Assembly: GCA_965207455.1 (NCBI GenBank)
Contig: CBDBMJ010000001.1
Span: 1,248,001-1,312,000, forward strand
Length of the DNA stretch: 64,000 bases
Reading direction: 5' to 3'
Source: Bdellovibrionota bacterium
Lineage (GTDB): Bacteria > Bdellovibrionota > UBA1018 > CAIPTA01 > JAALKR01
Both the position numbers and the translations under genes were made by a program. Every line of letters begins with the position of its first letter. Position 1 is the first letter of the stretch. Below the pieces are notes generated by a model. The model saw only the letters and a program-made list of their open reading frames with translations. It searched no databases and was not told the origin of the DNA. Positions 38,202-48,289 of this stretch are shown piece after piece.

Positions 38202-38909
38202 ATGAAACATAATAACATAACTATAATACTATTTGCCTCACTACTTATTTTAAGTGGGTGTGGTCAAACATCAACATCAGCAACCGACTCAAACTATAAT
38301 ACTAGAGGCGGAAGTACCGACAGAACCAGGGAGCCGATCAACGATATAGATGATAGGCGTGTACCAGATGAGCATTGTACTAATGATGATGAGAATTCTG
38401 AGGGTGAGTCCCCTTTAGTTTTCGACATTGAGCAAAAAGGGCCAGATGCCTTTACCACTGAAGTAGTTGAAGGAGCCGATAGCGTTCTAAAAATTCATTA
38501 TCAGGTGGGCGATATAGGCACAAACGCTATTAGTGCCACTGAAATGAAGGTGAAGATTACTGTAAACGGACAGTCTAAAACTCCTCGCTATACAACGGAC
38601 TCAAAATGTACTGATTCCTCAAAGAAATATTGTGTATATGGACGACCCGCTGATGGAAAGAGTGCAGTTATGGATTTCTCTAGCGCTATCAGCCCTGGAG
38701 CTAAACTTACAATTACGATAACTCCTCAGATGTCTGACTTTCATTGCCAACTGTATCTGAGATACGGTGACTATTTATCTGCAATATTTTACGACCGTAA
38801 AAAAGGTTATTGTAACTATACAAAAATACCTTCTGCCATGTTTTGGGAAGGAACGCTAACGGTTCAAGTTGACGATACGAACGAAAAAGAATTTATATGT
38901 AACGATTAA
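38202..38909 (+). CDS. Hypothetical lipoprotein
   Basis: RBS ggagg; lipobox LSGC; Cys-containing beta-rich domain. Confidence 0.75.
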   Translation: MKHNNITIILFASLLILSGCGQTSTSATDSNYNTRGGSTDRTREPINDIDDRRVPDEHCTNDDENSEGESPLVFDIEQKGPDAFTTEVVEGADSVLKIHYQVGDIGTNAISATEMKVKITVNGQSKTPRYTTDSKCTDSSKKYCVYGRPADGKSAVMDFSSAISPGAKLTITITPQMSDFHCQLYLRYGDYLSAIFYDRKKGYCNYTKIPSAMFWEGTLTVQVDDTNEKEFICND

Positions 38910-38957
38910 GTTTTTTCTATAATTATTTTTTCCATCCTAATATTTATGTTTGTTTAG

Positions 38958-38989
38958 AGGCTCCTTTGAAAAAAGGAGCCTTTTTTTTT
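38958..38989 (+). terminator. Rho-independent terminator
   Basis: aggctccttt-gaaa-aaaggagcct followed by a T run. Confidence 0.85.
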
Positions 38990-39623
38990 AGAAGAGCCAA
39001 GAAAATCCAACGGATAGATTTCTATTAGAACTCAAATCAGAGGTTTTAAAGTTGGGAAGATAGACCACGTACTCCCCTTTCAAAGCCATGTGTTTCGTTA
39101 AGAATAAGCGAAGCCCTGCCCCTATCACTCCCGTGTTCTCAGTTTTTTTCTGTTCTCTGCCGTTAAGAGCAACAGAGTATGTGACTTTTTGTTTCCGTAT
39201 CAAGCGACCTGCACCAACCTTAACATATGGCTGAATAATAGATTTACTGGAAACGAGGTTTTGTATCCAACTTGCACTAATTGCTGCGTCCTCATAGACA
39301 ATAGTTTGACTCACTTCTGGCACCAGTAAACTACCTATTCTTATGGTGGTTCCCACAGTGCTCTCTGAGTGCATATAGGAAAGTTCAATAGCAGAAACTT
39401 TTGTAACACGATAGGCGATAGAAGCTGTATAACGAGACTGCTTTATTCTACCCGAATCTCCCACGTTAGTATCACCATAGGAAATTAAGGCAGAGGTTTC
39501 TATCACTCCTGCAAAAATTATTTGTGGAAATAACAATACTGTAATAGATAACAGTAAAGATAGCTTCAATTGTTTTTTTAATTTATTCATATTTTCAAGA
39601 TAACAAGAAAAATATTTTTTCAC
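38988..39623 (-). CDS. Outer-membrane 8-stranded beta-barrel protein
   Basis: Signal peptide, IQPYVKVGAG, GAGLRLF, C-terminal SVGFSWLF. Confidence 0.75.
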   Translation of the reverse strand: MKKYFSCYLENMNKLKKQLKLSLLLSITVLLFPQIIFAGVIETSALISYGDTNVGDSGRIKQSRYTASIAYRVTKVSAIELSYMHSESTVGTTIRIGSLLVPEVSQTIVYEDAAISASWIQNLVSSKSIIQPYVKVGAGRLIRKQKVTYSVALNGREQKKTENTGVIGAGLRLFLTKHMALKGEYVVYLPNFKTSDLSSNRNLSVGFSWLF

Positions 39624-39634
39624 AATACTGAATT

Positions 39635-40699
39635 TTAAAAATTTTCTAATAAATTTTCATACCTTGTATTTGGATAATTAAATAAGGTATCTTCACTGTT
39701 CTTTTTTTCCAAGGCCTTCAGCCTCTTCAATGAATTTGTTATCACTGCATCTTCTTTCTGCGATGTTAGCACCCTCTTCACTTTCTTCAATTTCCTTGCC
39801 TTTTTGCTCAAAACCTTTCTTCTCTTATATTTTCGAGTATTATTTTTCCTAGCCTCTGATTTTAAAATCACTTTTGCAATATTGGGATGTATGGCAAGAG
39901 TGGGCAAAGGAATGGCTGCTGCCTCCTCAGGCGTGAGCACGCTAATACGTTCTTGATGCAACACTTTATATTCATTTGGAATTTGACTCTTTCCTCTGAG
40001 TGCAGAAGAGGTATAGCGATTCTCATAAATAGCATGCTCTTTAGGAAAGAATTGCTCCAACTCTTTTTCTACTAACAAAGGATCTTTTTCTTTTTTTCTA
40101 CGCACCTTCGTGTATCGATTGGGAATAACCTTAACAAGGCTCTTTAAGAGGATTTCTTGATCTTGAGCCGACCATTGGTAACTACTTAACCAGTGGCTCA
40201 AACCAAACACGGTAAGCCCTTTTTGAATTTCTGGTTCCATGCCCTTTATGCCCAACACAGCCCCTTCATTTTCATGCAATACTTTCTTCGCTTCACTATA
40301 ATGACGATTACGAAAATTCACTTTTCCTGCTATCGCAAAAACAGAAGTGATGAGATTTTTCTTATCATAGGAGATAATTATCTTCCCTTTAAAATTCACA
40401 ATAGAATTAGCTGTCTCTATTGTCCGTTTTTTTAGAGAATATAAAAAAGCAGAGCCCGATAGTATATGAAGGTTACCAGAATCCATCATCATGGCAATAG
40501 AGTTGGAACTGATTTTCATTTCCATATTTTCTCTATCGCGAAGCAAGCGAAACCCATCCAGCTTTACCTGAAAAATTTTTCCTGTCTCCACTGTATCATT
40601 GGAATGCAAATCTATAATACCCATATCCACGCCTCTTGCCTTTCCAGAAAGGAGCAAAGAAAAAATCATGACCATGGTGCTGTAAATATATACTCTCAT
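39635..40699 (-). CDS. Hypothetical exported protein, FecR-like N-terminal domain
   Basis: Signal peptide; LHILSGS, IETANS, VFAIAGKVNF pattern. Confidence 0.5.
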   Translation of the reverse strand: MRVYIYSTMVMIFSLLLSGKARGVDMGIIDLHSNDTVETGKIFQVKLDGFRLLRDRENMEMKISSNSIAMMMDSGNLHILSGSAFLYSLKKRTIETANSIVNFKGKIIISYDKKNLITSVFAIAGKVNFRNRHYSEAKKVLHENEGAVLGIKGMEPEIQKGLTVFGLSHWLSSYQWSAQDQEILLKSLVKVIPNRYTKVRRKKEKDPLLVEKELEQFFPKEHAIYENRYTSSALRGKSQIPNEYKVLHQERISVLTPEEAAAIPLPTLAIHPNIAKVILKSEARKNNTRKYKRRKVLSKKARKLKKVKRVLTSQKEDAVITNSLKRLKALEKKNSEDTLFNYPNTRYENLLENF

Positions 40700-41361
40700 C
40701 GATGTATCCTATCCAATGTTTTCAACCATAGTTGTGTTCTTTTCAAAATATTATGGTTCGCATATGAGTCTCCCATCTCATTAACCTTTTGAAAGAATTT
40801 TTTTGCCAACTTATAATCATTTGCCTTATAGGCAATAACCCCACCCTGAAAAAAATTTTCCACTGTTTGAAATTCATTTTGATCATCACTGGTGAGAATT
40901 TTCTCCATAAGTACCAGTGCATCTCGAAATCGTTTCGATTTACTGTGGCGAATAGCCAGATTAAATAATTCTTCCGAACTAATGGAAGAAGAAGACAAGT
41001 ATTCTATTTCTTTAGGAAAATCACTTTTCACACAATTTTTCCCATTGGACCTAGTGGTATACAGATCCCTATTTTTTTTGGTCACCCATTTTGCTTGGAG
41101 CGTTTGGTAACGATACTCCAACTCCAGATGAGCCGTTTTGAGCTTCTTATACTCCTGAAGCAATACTGTGTGCCTATCCTTTACCTCTTGGATATTTTTC
41201 GATTTTTCATTGATCTGGTGCCAGAATTCTTCCACCTGAGCGCAGCTACTTAGGAGCAGCATTGCGCCAAGCCAAACCACCATATTAGCCCTATATTTCA
41301 AAGTAAATCCTCCATTCTTCTTATCGTTCTTTTGCCCAAAAAACTTAATCCTAGCCAACAA
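40696..41361 (-). CDS. Coiled-coil/TPR lipoprotein
   Basis: Lipobox LSSC, coiled coil, C-terminal TPRs. Confidence 0.6.
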   Translation of the reverse strand: MLARIKFFGQKNDKKNGGFTLKYRANMVVWLGAMLLLSSCAQVEEFWHQINEKSKNIQEVKDRHTVLLQEYKKLKTAHLELEYRYQTLQAKWVTKKNRDLYTTRSNGKNCVKSDFPKEIEYLSSSSISSEELFNLAIRHSKSKRFRDALVLMEKILTSDDQNEFQTVENFFQGGVIAYKANDYKLAKKFFQKVNEMGDSYANHNILKRTQLWLKTLDRIHR

Positions 41362-41454
41362 AATCCCACACGATTAGCGTGTAAAAAACACAATTACGGG
41401 AAAAAATACGCTCCTTATGCGCCCATAGAACAAAACTTGTGGTAAATATTAAAA

Positions 41455-43176
41455 ATGCTTCCGTACTACCGAGCCATAGCTAGCCTTCTTAGCTCCCACT
41501 TCTCCTGTGGAGAAGAAAAAATCCTAAGCTTGCTGGAACGTCCCCCAAACTCCCAACACGGAGATATTGCCCTACCCTGTTTTTTCTTTGCGAAAGAACT
41601 GCGCACCTCTCCCCCAAAAATCGCAAAAGACCTGGAAGCTACCCTATCCCTTCCAGAGGGCTTTTCCAGTATGAGTGCCCAGGGTCCCTATCTAAATTTC
41701 TCTCTGTCTTCCAGTAGTGTGTGGGGGTTTGCAAAGGAAGTGCTCACTCAACAGGAAGGCTTTGGAAAAAGCAACTTTGGACAAGGAAAGAAAGTGGTGA
41801 TTGAGTTCTCCAGCCCCAATCTAGCCAAGCCCCTTCATATTGGTCACTTTCGTAACACTATTTTAGGGCAGTCCTTAAGCAATATCTACAAAGCCACCGG
41901 TCATGAAGTTATAAAAATTAATCACCTAGGAGATTGGGGTAGTCAGTTTGGAAAAATAGCCTATAGCTTTTTACACTGGGGAAAAGAAAGTGAGCTTGCT
42001 GCAAACCCCATTGCCTACCTCACAACACTCTATGTTCGTTTCCACGAAGAAAGTAAAAAAAATCCTGACCTGGACAAAAAAGCCCAAGCGATTTTTAAAA
42101 AAATTGAAGAACGGGATCCAGAAATAATGGCCCTTTGGCAACGTTTTGTGGACATAAGCCTCAAGGACTTAAAAAAAATCTATCGTCGACTGCATGTGGA
42201 CTTCGACCACTACTGGGGGGAAAGTTTTTATGTGGATAAAATCGACTCTTTGCTGGAAGAATTAAAGGCAAAAAAATTATTAGTAAAAAGCGAGGGCGCT
42301 CAAGTGGTCCTCCTAGAGGATTTAGATGCCCCACCCTGCTTGATTATTACTAGCGAAGGCACCACCCTGTATGCCACCCGGGATTTAGCCGCTGCCATTT
42401 ATAGAAAAGAAAAATTACAGTTTGATTCTGCTCTCTATGTGGTGGGTAGTGAACAAAACCTACACTTTAAGCAGATTTTTGCCGTACTGGATCGTATGAA
42501 CCATGCTTGGTCCAAGAACCTCCATCATGTGAGCTATGGACTCTACCGGTTCAAAGATGGAAAGCTTAGTACACGGGCAGGAAAAATTGTACTTCTCCAG
42601 GATGTCATCGATCAAGCTGTCCAGAAAGTGCGTGCTCTTATGCAAGAGAAAAATCCGGATCTGGAGAACCAAGAAGAAATTGCGGAAATGGTGGGTCTTG
42701 GAGCTCTTATCTATAACGACCTTTCCACAGACCGAAATAAGGATGTGGAATTCGACTGGAAGCGTATTTTAGATTTGGAGGGAGACACGGGGCCTTACCT
42801 ACAATACTCCTACGCACGAGCCTCTTCTATTTTAAGAGAAGCGAAAAAACAGGGCTATACCCTGGGGAAAACTCCGAGCAAGTCCTGCCCCCATACTCTT
42901 ATCTCTTGTCCCGAAGCCATGACTCTACTAAAAAGTTTTGGCGAGATGGAAAGAACTCTACTGGGAGCTGTTCGTCTACAAAAACCATCCATAGTAGCCC
43001 ACTACGCCCTAGACGTAGCCAAAAACTTTCATTCCTTTTATAATTCCGTCAAAGTATTGGATCCAAACATTAAAAGAACAGAGGTGGAGGATCGTATTTC
43101 CGTGGTGGAAGCTAGCTGCCTAGTAATGAAAAGTACTTTTCACTTACTCTGTATGGGTGCCCCTTCCAAAATGTAG
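41455..43176 (+). CDS. argS: Arginine--tRNA ligase
   Basis: EFSSPNLAKPLHIGH, NHLGDWG, YATRDLAA, KLSTRAG, GPYLQYSYAR. Confidence 0.97.
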   Translation: MLPYYRAIASLLSSHFSCGEEKILSLLERPPNSQHGDIALPCFFFAKELRTSPPKIAKDLEATLSLPEGFSSMSAQGPYLNFSLSSSSVWGFAKEVLTQQEGFGKSNFGQGKKVVIEFSSPNLAKPLHIGHFRNTILGQSLSNIYKATGHEVIKINHLGDWGSQFGKIAYSFLHWGKESELAANPIAYLTTLYVRFHEESKKNPDLDKKAQAIFKKIEERDPEIMALWQRFVDISLKDLKKIYRRLHVDFDHYWGESFYVDKIDSLLEELKAKKLLVKSEGAQVVLLEDLDAPPCLIITSEGTTLYATRDLAAAIYRKEKLQFDSALYVVGSEQNLHFKQIFAVLDRMNHAWSKNLHHVSYGLYRFKDGKLSTRAGKIVLLQDVIDQAVQKVRALMQEKNPDLENQEEIAEMVGLGALIYNDLSTDRNKDVEFDWKRILDLEGDTGPYLQYSYARASSILREAKKQGYTLGKTPSKSCPHTLISCPEAMTLLKSFGEMERTLLGAVRLQKPSIVAHYALDVAKNFHSFYNSVKVLDPNIKRTEVEDRISVVEASCLVMKSTFHLLCMGAPSKM

Positions 43177-43884
43177 GCATGCCCTTACCGGTGAAAAGCT
43201 TATTCGATGCTCCTTACAAGGACCATACTGCTGCAATAGCTCTTTGTGACGAGGAGTGGGATATCCCTTATGGGTTGTAAAATCGTATAAAGGAAATTTT
43301 TTGTTTAATTTTTCCATATACCTATCTCTCGAAACTTTTGCCAATATGGAGGCTGCTGCAATGGATACGGATTTTTGATCTCCCTTAATATAACAAATTT
43401 CCTGGAGCCGTTGTTGCTGAAAAAAATCTCTTAATCTGGGGAATTGTTTTCCATAAGTTGGGTTATGTATAAAAAGGTCTGCTCTTCCAATGATGGGTAC
43501 TTTTCCGTCGGATAGAAATACAGTATTTTCTGGTGTGGCAGCATGTGTTTTTTGAAGGATTGCCTCCACTGCCCTCGCTGCTGCCAATGAAGTGGCTCGA
43601 GAAATATTCCAAGTATCGATTTCCTCTCTTTTTGCGGAACCCGTGGCAAACAACCAAGCCGAGGACTGAATCTCTTCATACATACACTCTCGCCTCTCAG
43701 GTGTGAGTTGTTTAGAATCCCGCACAGGGGGTGCGGAATGGATGCTAGGAGACCATGCTAAGGCTGCTGCATATACGGGACCAGCCAAGCACCCCCGCCC
43801 AGCTTCATCTATGCCAAACACATGGCGTATACCTTTATTCCAAAGAAAGGTTTCCTCATTAAGCGTGGGGTGAGAGTTTTTCAT
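43144..43884 (-). CDS. rnhB: Ribonuclease HII
   Basis: GIDEAGRGCLAGPV, DSKQL, IKGD, IAAASILAKVSRD, HKGYPT, HRISF. Confidence 0.95.
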   Translation of the reverse strand: MKNSHPTLNEETFLWNKGIRHVFGIDEAGRGCLAGPVYAAALAWSPSIHSAPPVRDSKQLTPERRECMYEEIQSSAWLFATGSAKREEIDTWNISRATSLAAARAVEAILQKTHAATPENTVFLSDGKVPIIGRADLFIHNPTYGKQFPRLRDFFQQQRLQEICYIKGDQKSVSIAAASILAKVSRDRYMEKLNKKFPLYDFTTHKGYPTPRHKELLQQYGPCKEHRISFSPVRACLHFGRGTHTE

Positions 43885-43888
43885 AGAA

Positions 43889-45613
43889 TTAGGAACTTTT
43901 AGATATTTCCCTATCCAGTACATCCACAGCCGCAGCGATAACAGGCTCTTCCAAGCTCCAATCCAGCCTTCCTCGACGGAATAAATCCTTTAAGCCAAGG
44001 GTGCCTCCCACTGCTAGAGAGCTTTTATAATCCTTTAGGGCTTCCTTGGGATCTTCTTTATACTTCCTTAAAAACTGGAGTGCTCCTATTTGAGCAATTC
44101 CATATTCAATATAGTAGAAAGGTACGGTGAAAATATGGGGTATTCGCTGCCAACTAGTGGACTGGTACTCCTCTTCCCCGGTTATATCCAATATAGATGG
44201 ACGATAGGCATCGCCAAGTTCCTTCCATTTTTTGTCTCTACAAACAGCGTCTCCTCCCTCTTCATGGGTATACAGCCAGTGTTGAAAAGCATCTATTTTC
44301 GCTACCTGTATAAGTAGATTTGGAATAGCAAGTAAAGTTTGACGAATCAGCTGTCCTACAGCTTTCGGATCAAATGCTTTTTTCAAAGAGGATAAGCTCA
44401 TGAGTTCCATACTCATACTTGCCACTTCAGAATATTCCATGGGTGCCCTTATTTGAAAAGGATCCTGCTCTCTAGCAAGAAAGCTATGAAACGAATGACC
44501 ACTTTCGTGAATCAGAGTAGTTACATCACGATGGGCACCAACGGCATTCATAAAAATAAACGGCAGGCGGCTTTCTAAAAGAAAAGCTTGGTATCCTCCA
44601 GGTGCCTTTCCCACGCGGTTTTCTAGATCAAATAATTTTCTATCATGTAAAACTTTGTAAAAAGAAGCCAACTCCTCGTCCACATCCTGGAACAAAGTAT
44701 ACGTTTTCTTTTTTAATTCTTCCACATTGGCAAAAGGAGAATGGAAGGCTTCCCGGGTAATGTCTACAGATAAATCCCAGGAACGAAGGGAAGATAGGTT
44801 TAGTTTTTCTTTACGTTCTTCATATAACTTTTCCAGAAGAGGCAGCACATATTCTTTCACCCCACTGTAAAGGTTGGTACAGTCGCTAGGAGTGTAATCG
44901 TAGCGGTGTTTCGATTGAAACATATAATCTCGATAATTATCAAAGCCTGCATTTTTTGCCACCTGCCTTCGCTCAATAAGCATCTCATCAAATATGGCAT
45001 CTAAGACCGGCTTAACTTCTAGCTGTTTTTGGGTGTTTAATTTATAGGCTTTTTCTCGCCGATTCCGATCCAGACTATTCTGTTCCAAAGCAAGTTTTTG
45101 GAGAGTAATTGTGCTGCCCTCCCAGTCCACAGTTAGGGAAGATCGCAATTCATTATTTTTCTGGGATAGGTTCTCAATCTTTGTAAAGAGAGGTATATTT
45201 TTAGAAGAGTATATAGATGTATTTGTCTCTAGTTTTTTTAATAGCAAGGGAGATTCTTTTCTACTGCGCTCCTTAAGAAATACATTGCTCAAAAGTTTTT
45301 CTGTTAGAGCTTGATCTTTCTCTGTATAAATAGGATTAATCTTTTCTATAAAAAATTTAAAACGATCTGCTATTTTTTTATCCTTCGTATCACAAGTGGA
45401 GTGAATATAACGAATCATATACTCTTCATCAATCATAGACTCTAACTCACGACACGCCCGGTGCCAATCGATAGCCATTTCATCCGTTGTAATTTCTTTT
45501 TGCAAGAGGGTATTATAGCAGGCAGAGAGGGATTCCGTGGAGTCCCACTGTATACCTTGGGGAAAAAACTCCCGCTCTTTATAGGGTTTTAAATGACTGA
45601 AATCTATACTCAC
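43889..45613 (-). CDS. M3 family oligoendopeptidase F
   Basis: GKAPGGY, HESGH, EVASMSME, PFYYIEY. Confidence 0.92.
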   Translation of the reverse strand: MSIDFSHLKPYKEREFFPQGIQWDSTESLSACYNTLLQKEITTDEMAIDWHRACRELESMIDEEYMIRYIHSTCDTKDKKIADRFKFFIEKINPIYTEKDQALTEKLLSNVFLKERSRKESPLLLKKLETNTSIYSSKNIPLFTKIENLSQKNNELRSSLTVDWEGSTITLQKLALEQNSLDRNRREKAYKLNTQKQLEVKPVLDAIFDEMLIERRQVAKNAGFDNYRDYMFQSKHRYDYTPSDCTNLYSGVKEYVLPLLEKLYEERKEKLNLSSLRSWDLSVDITREAFHSPFANVEELKKKTYTLFQDVDEELASFYKVLHDRKLFDLENRVGKAPGGYQAFLLESRLPFIFMNAVGAHRDVTTLIHESGHSFHSFLAREQDPFQIRAPMEYSEVASMSMELMSLSSLKKAFDPKAVGQLIRQTLLAIPNLLIQVAKIDAFQHWLYTHEEGGDAVCRDKKWKELGDAYRPSILDITGEEEYQSTSWQRIPHIFTVPFYYIEYGIAQIGALQFLRKYKEDPKEALKDYKSSLAVGGTLGLKDLFRRGRLDWSLEEPVIAAAVDVLDREISKSS

Positions 45614-45662
45614 AAATAATGACTAACATAGGGAAAATAAAAGGTCTAGGAACGGTGCAACT

Positions 45663-47024
45663 TTAGAATTTCCAAGTGACCACAATGAAGGTTGCTGTCT
45701 GTTCATAATTATCTTCTGGAGTATTCTCAAATTCTCTCTCCTTTTTGGTTCTTTGAACTGAAACAGATAGAACCTCTGATACAGGAACTTTTACTCCAAA
45801 TTTACTTTCCTGTTCAGTCTTGCTGGATCCATTTTTATTATCCATTTTATAAAAAAACTCGGGCTTATACTTCCAGTCTAGAGTCCATGAAAGACCTACA
45901 CCATATTGAGTAAAATACCCGGAGTGATTTTCACTTGACTCCTTTCTCTTAAAGGATTCATATCCAGGACCAATATAGGGAGTGATATTTATATTATTGT
46001 CAAAAAGATTGGTGAAAGCATGATTCAAAAGACTAGCAACTGAGTCTTCCTCATATTCATCTTCAGTAACAAATTTATAACGAATTTTTATATCTGAATT
46101 AAATATAACGTCAGAACTATTTACTCCAATTTCTCCAGATCTTCTTTTAAAATCAATCTCTGTATCGCCTTTTCGAGAGTTAGATGTATAATAAGTTACC
46201 TTCATAAAAAGCACATTCTTATCATTAATATTACAGTTTGCCTCTCCATTTATTTTATATATCTCCTGTTCAAAGTCACGTCGACTATCGGAATTAAAAT
46301 TCACAGAACCACTTACTTTACCATCAATATTAAATCTATAGCATCGTTCATTTGTTCGCCTATTAGTTTCAATTTCTTTTGTATTTACACTTGTATTTTC
46401 CATTTTAATCGTACGTACCTTGAAGCGACTTAAAAATAAAAGCGACCGACTCCCTGGATACTCCTTCAACAGCTCATCTCTTAACTCTAAAACTCCCTTG
46501 CTGCTTCCCTTGGGATTTAAAGAAGCCCGTGATGCTAACAAAAGTCGCATGATAGGATAGCAAGTCGAGGATACACTTTTATATAGTGCCGTCTCATTCT
46601 TACTATCCAAAAAGTCCATCCGGCTTTTATTTTGAGATAAATATTGAGCAAAGGCATTCAAACCATCCTCCCTCAATTGACCGCTAAAATAAAAGTTGTA
46701 TTCTGCATTGTAACTAGCAGCCAATCGGCTAAGTGCCTCTGCTTGACAATTTTCTGCGGCTTCCATAAAAAAGTTTTTCTTTTTCTTTGTCTGTTCAGCA
46801 TCTAAAAAATAATGAACACTATCTCCATCACTAATCTTTACTCCAAAAAGTGCCCGCACTAAAGAGGGCTCTTCTGCCATGGATATGCCAGAAACAAAAG
46901 TGGAATAAAGAATCACTAAAAATAAAGGCTTACTCCATATTGATCGTTGTTTTTTCATTTTCATATTTTCTCCTTCGGTGATAATTAATAATGCACAATA
47001 CCATAAATAGACAATAAGTGTCAA
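45663..47024 (-). CDS. Exported ankyrin-like domain fused to a DUF481-like outer-membrane beta-barrel
   Basis: Signal peptide; ETALYKSV...IMRLLLASRASLN is ankyrin-like. The C-terminal half is amphipathic strands ending VTWKF. Confidence 0.6.
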   Translation of the reverse strand: MTLIVYLWYCALLIITEGENMKMKKQRSIWSKPLFLVILYSTFVSGISMAEEPSLVRALFGVKISDGDSVHYFLDAEQTKKKKNFFMEAAENCQAEALSRLAASYNAEYNFYFSGQLREDGLNAFAQYLSQNKSRMDFLDSKNETALYKSVSSTCYPIMRLLLASRASLNPKGSSKGVLELRDELLKEYPGSRSLLFLSRFKVRTIKMENTSVNTKEIETNRRTNERCYRFNIDGKVSGSVNFNSDSRRDFEQEIYKINGEANCNINDKNVLFMKVTYYTSNSRKGDTEIDFKRRSGEIGVNSSDVIFNSDIKIRYKFVTEDEYEEDSVASLLNHAFTNLFDNNINITPYIGPGYESFKRKESSENHSGYFTQYGVGLSWTLDWKYKPEFFYKMDNKNGSSKTEQESKFGVKVPVSEVLSVSVQRTKKEREFENTPEDNYEQTATFIVVTWKF

Positions 47025-47376
47025 CCCCCTTTACATTTTCTTGCCAAAAAAAAATCCATATAAAAAACAGATAGTTAGAGAAATTAAGGCAGGCATGCGC
47101 ATGGAAAGATAAGAAAAGCCTGCCAAGAGCATCCAACCTTTTTACTCCACAAACCTAGAAAAACAACCACCCCACTGCTCGCCTTTGGGCCAAAAAACCT
47201 TAAGCTTTACATTATGTATGGAGGGTTGCTCTTCCAGTATCAACATAACAGAAATAAAAATAGAGCAAAATTCGAGGGCGCCGTGTTGAAATCTGCAGAA
47301 TTAGAAAAAATAGTGGGTATATCCCTGTTTCAATGGTATTTAGAGAAAGGTCAGTAAATAAAAAGGTGATTTTTTT

Positions 47377-47583
47377 ATGCCAACAACCGATACTAATAAT
47401 GTGAGTACAAAAACAAAAAAAAAGTGCGAGCCTGAAAGAACGGATCTTTTCTTTAAATTTTTTGTGAAAGGACGCATCAACGAGCCTTTTACTGATCCTG
47501 AATACTTAATAGATCATGAGTATGCAAAAAAAATCCAGAAGTTAGTAAAAGCCAAGGGCAAAAAGAGAAAAGCAAAAAAGTAA
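47377..47583 (+). CDS. Small basic hypothetical protein
   Basis: RBS aaggtg; 68 aa. Its 3' end is duplicated at 50448-50478. Confidence 0.55.
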   Translation: MPTTDTNNVSTKTKKKCEPERTDLFFKFFVKGRINEPFTDPEYLIDHEYAKKIQKLVKAKGKKRKAKK

Positions 47584-47589
47584 GGCTAA

Positions 47590-47953
47590 GTGATCCCTGT
47601 TTACTCCACAAGCCTAGAGAACTATATAATAGCTCCATATTTAGATAGTTGGCTCTGGGTCATTCCTGGTTTACTTTTTCTTTGGTATTTTAATCGTGCA
47701 AGACCTATCAATAATATTGGACTAGATGGTTGGAGATATTTTTTTCTTTATCTCTGTTGCACTCCTCTATGAGGCAAAAATTCATAAAACGAGATTCATC
47801 CGTCGATTTCTCAATATACTAATCTTGATAATCACATTTCCTTTACTTACTTACTTACATCTCCAATATATCTCGGAATATATACCTGAAATGTACTATA
47901 AGAATAATCTTAGAGAATTACTAGCAAGATTACTTTTTCAGCAAAAAAACTGA
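47590..47953 (+). pseudogene. Deleted and frameshifted copy of the membrane protein at 50485-51324
   Basis: Identical 5' about 150 nt, an internal deletion between T-runs, and homology ending at about 47909. Confidence 0.88.
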
Positions 47954-48087
47954 GTTCTGTAGTTTACTCTCTCACAACCGTCCCTGGAATTTTTTTAACC
48001 CAAATTCACACAAAACATTAAACGGACAATTTCCCTGAAATAGGGGAGATATTATTGGAAGATCGGGAAACATTCTAAAAGGTTAAA

Positions 48088-48210
48088 TTATTTTTGATCA
48101 AAACGCATGATTATTTTTCATACACGGTATTGGAGTTCAAATGAAGAATTTTTTAACACTCTTTCTTGTATTTATTTTTTCTTTGACACGAATTCTCTCC
48201 GTTTCACAAA
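48088..48210 (+). repeat. 123-bp conserved upstream element (copy 2 at 51406-51528)
   Basis: Gap-free near-identical copies ahead of both LRR lipoprotein genes. Confidence 0.85.
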
Positions 48211-48218
48211 ACTCACAG

Positions 48219-48245
48219 TAAAGAAAACTTTGCATTCAACCGAAA
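48219..48245 (+). promoter_or_regulatory. Sigma28/FliA-like promoter
   Basis: TAAAG-N16-CCGAAA. The same spacing recurs at 50406-50432 and 51544-51570. Confidence 0.6.
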
Positions 48246-48289
48246 GGAATAATGGAAGGTTAACGTAATAAAATTAAGGAGAGATTCCC

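Noticed and set aside
48236..48253. ccgaaagg GNRA-like hairpin as a possible c-di-GMP riboswitch
   Set aside because: The rest of the riboswitch consensus is absent; better explained as a sigma28 -10 box.
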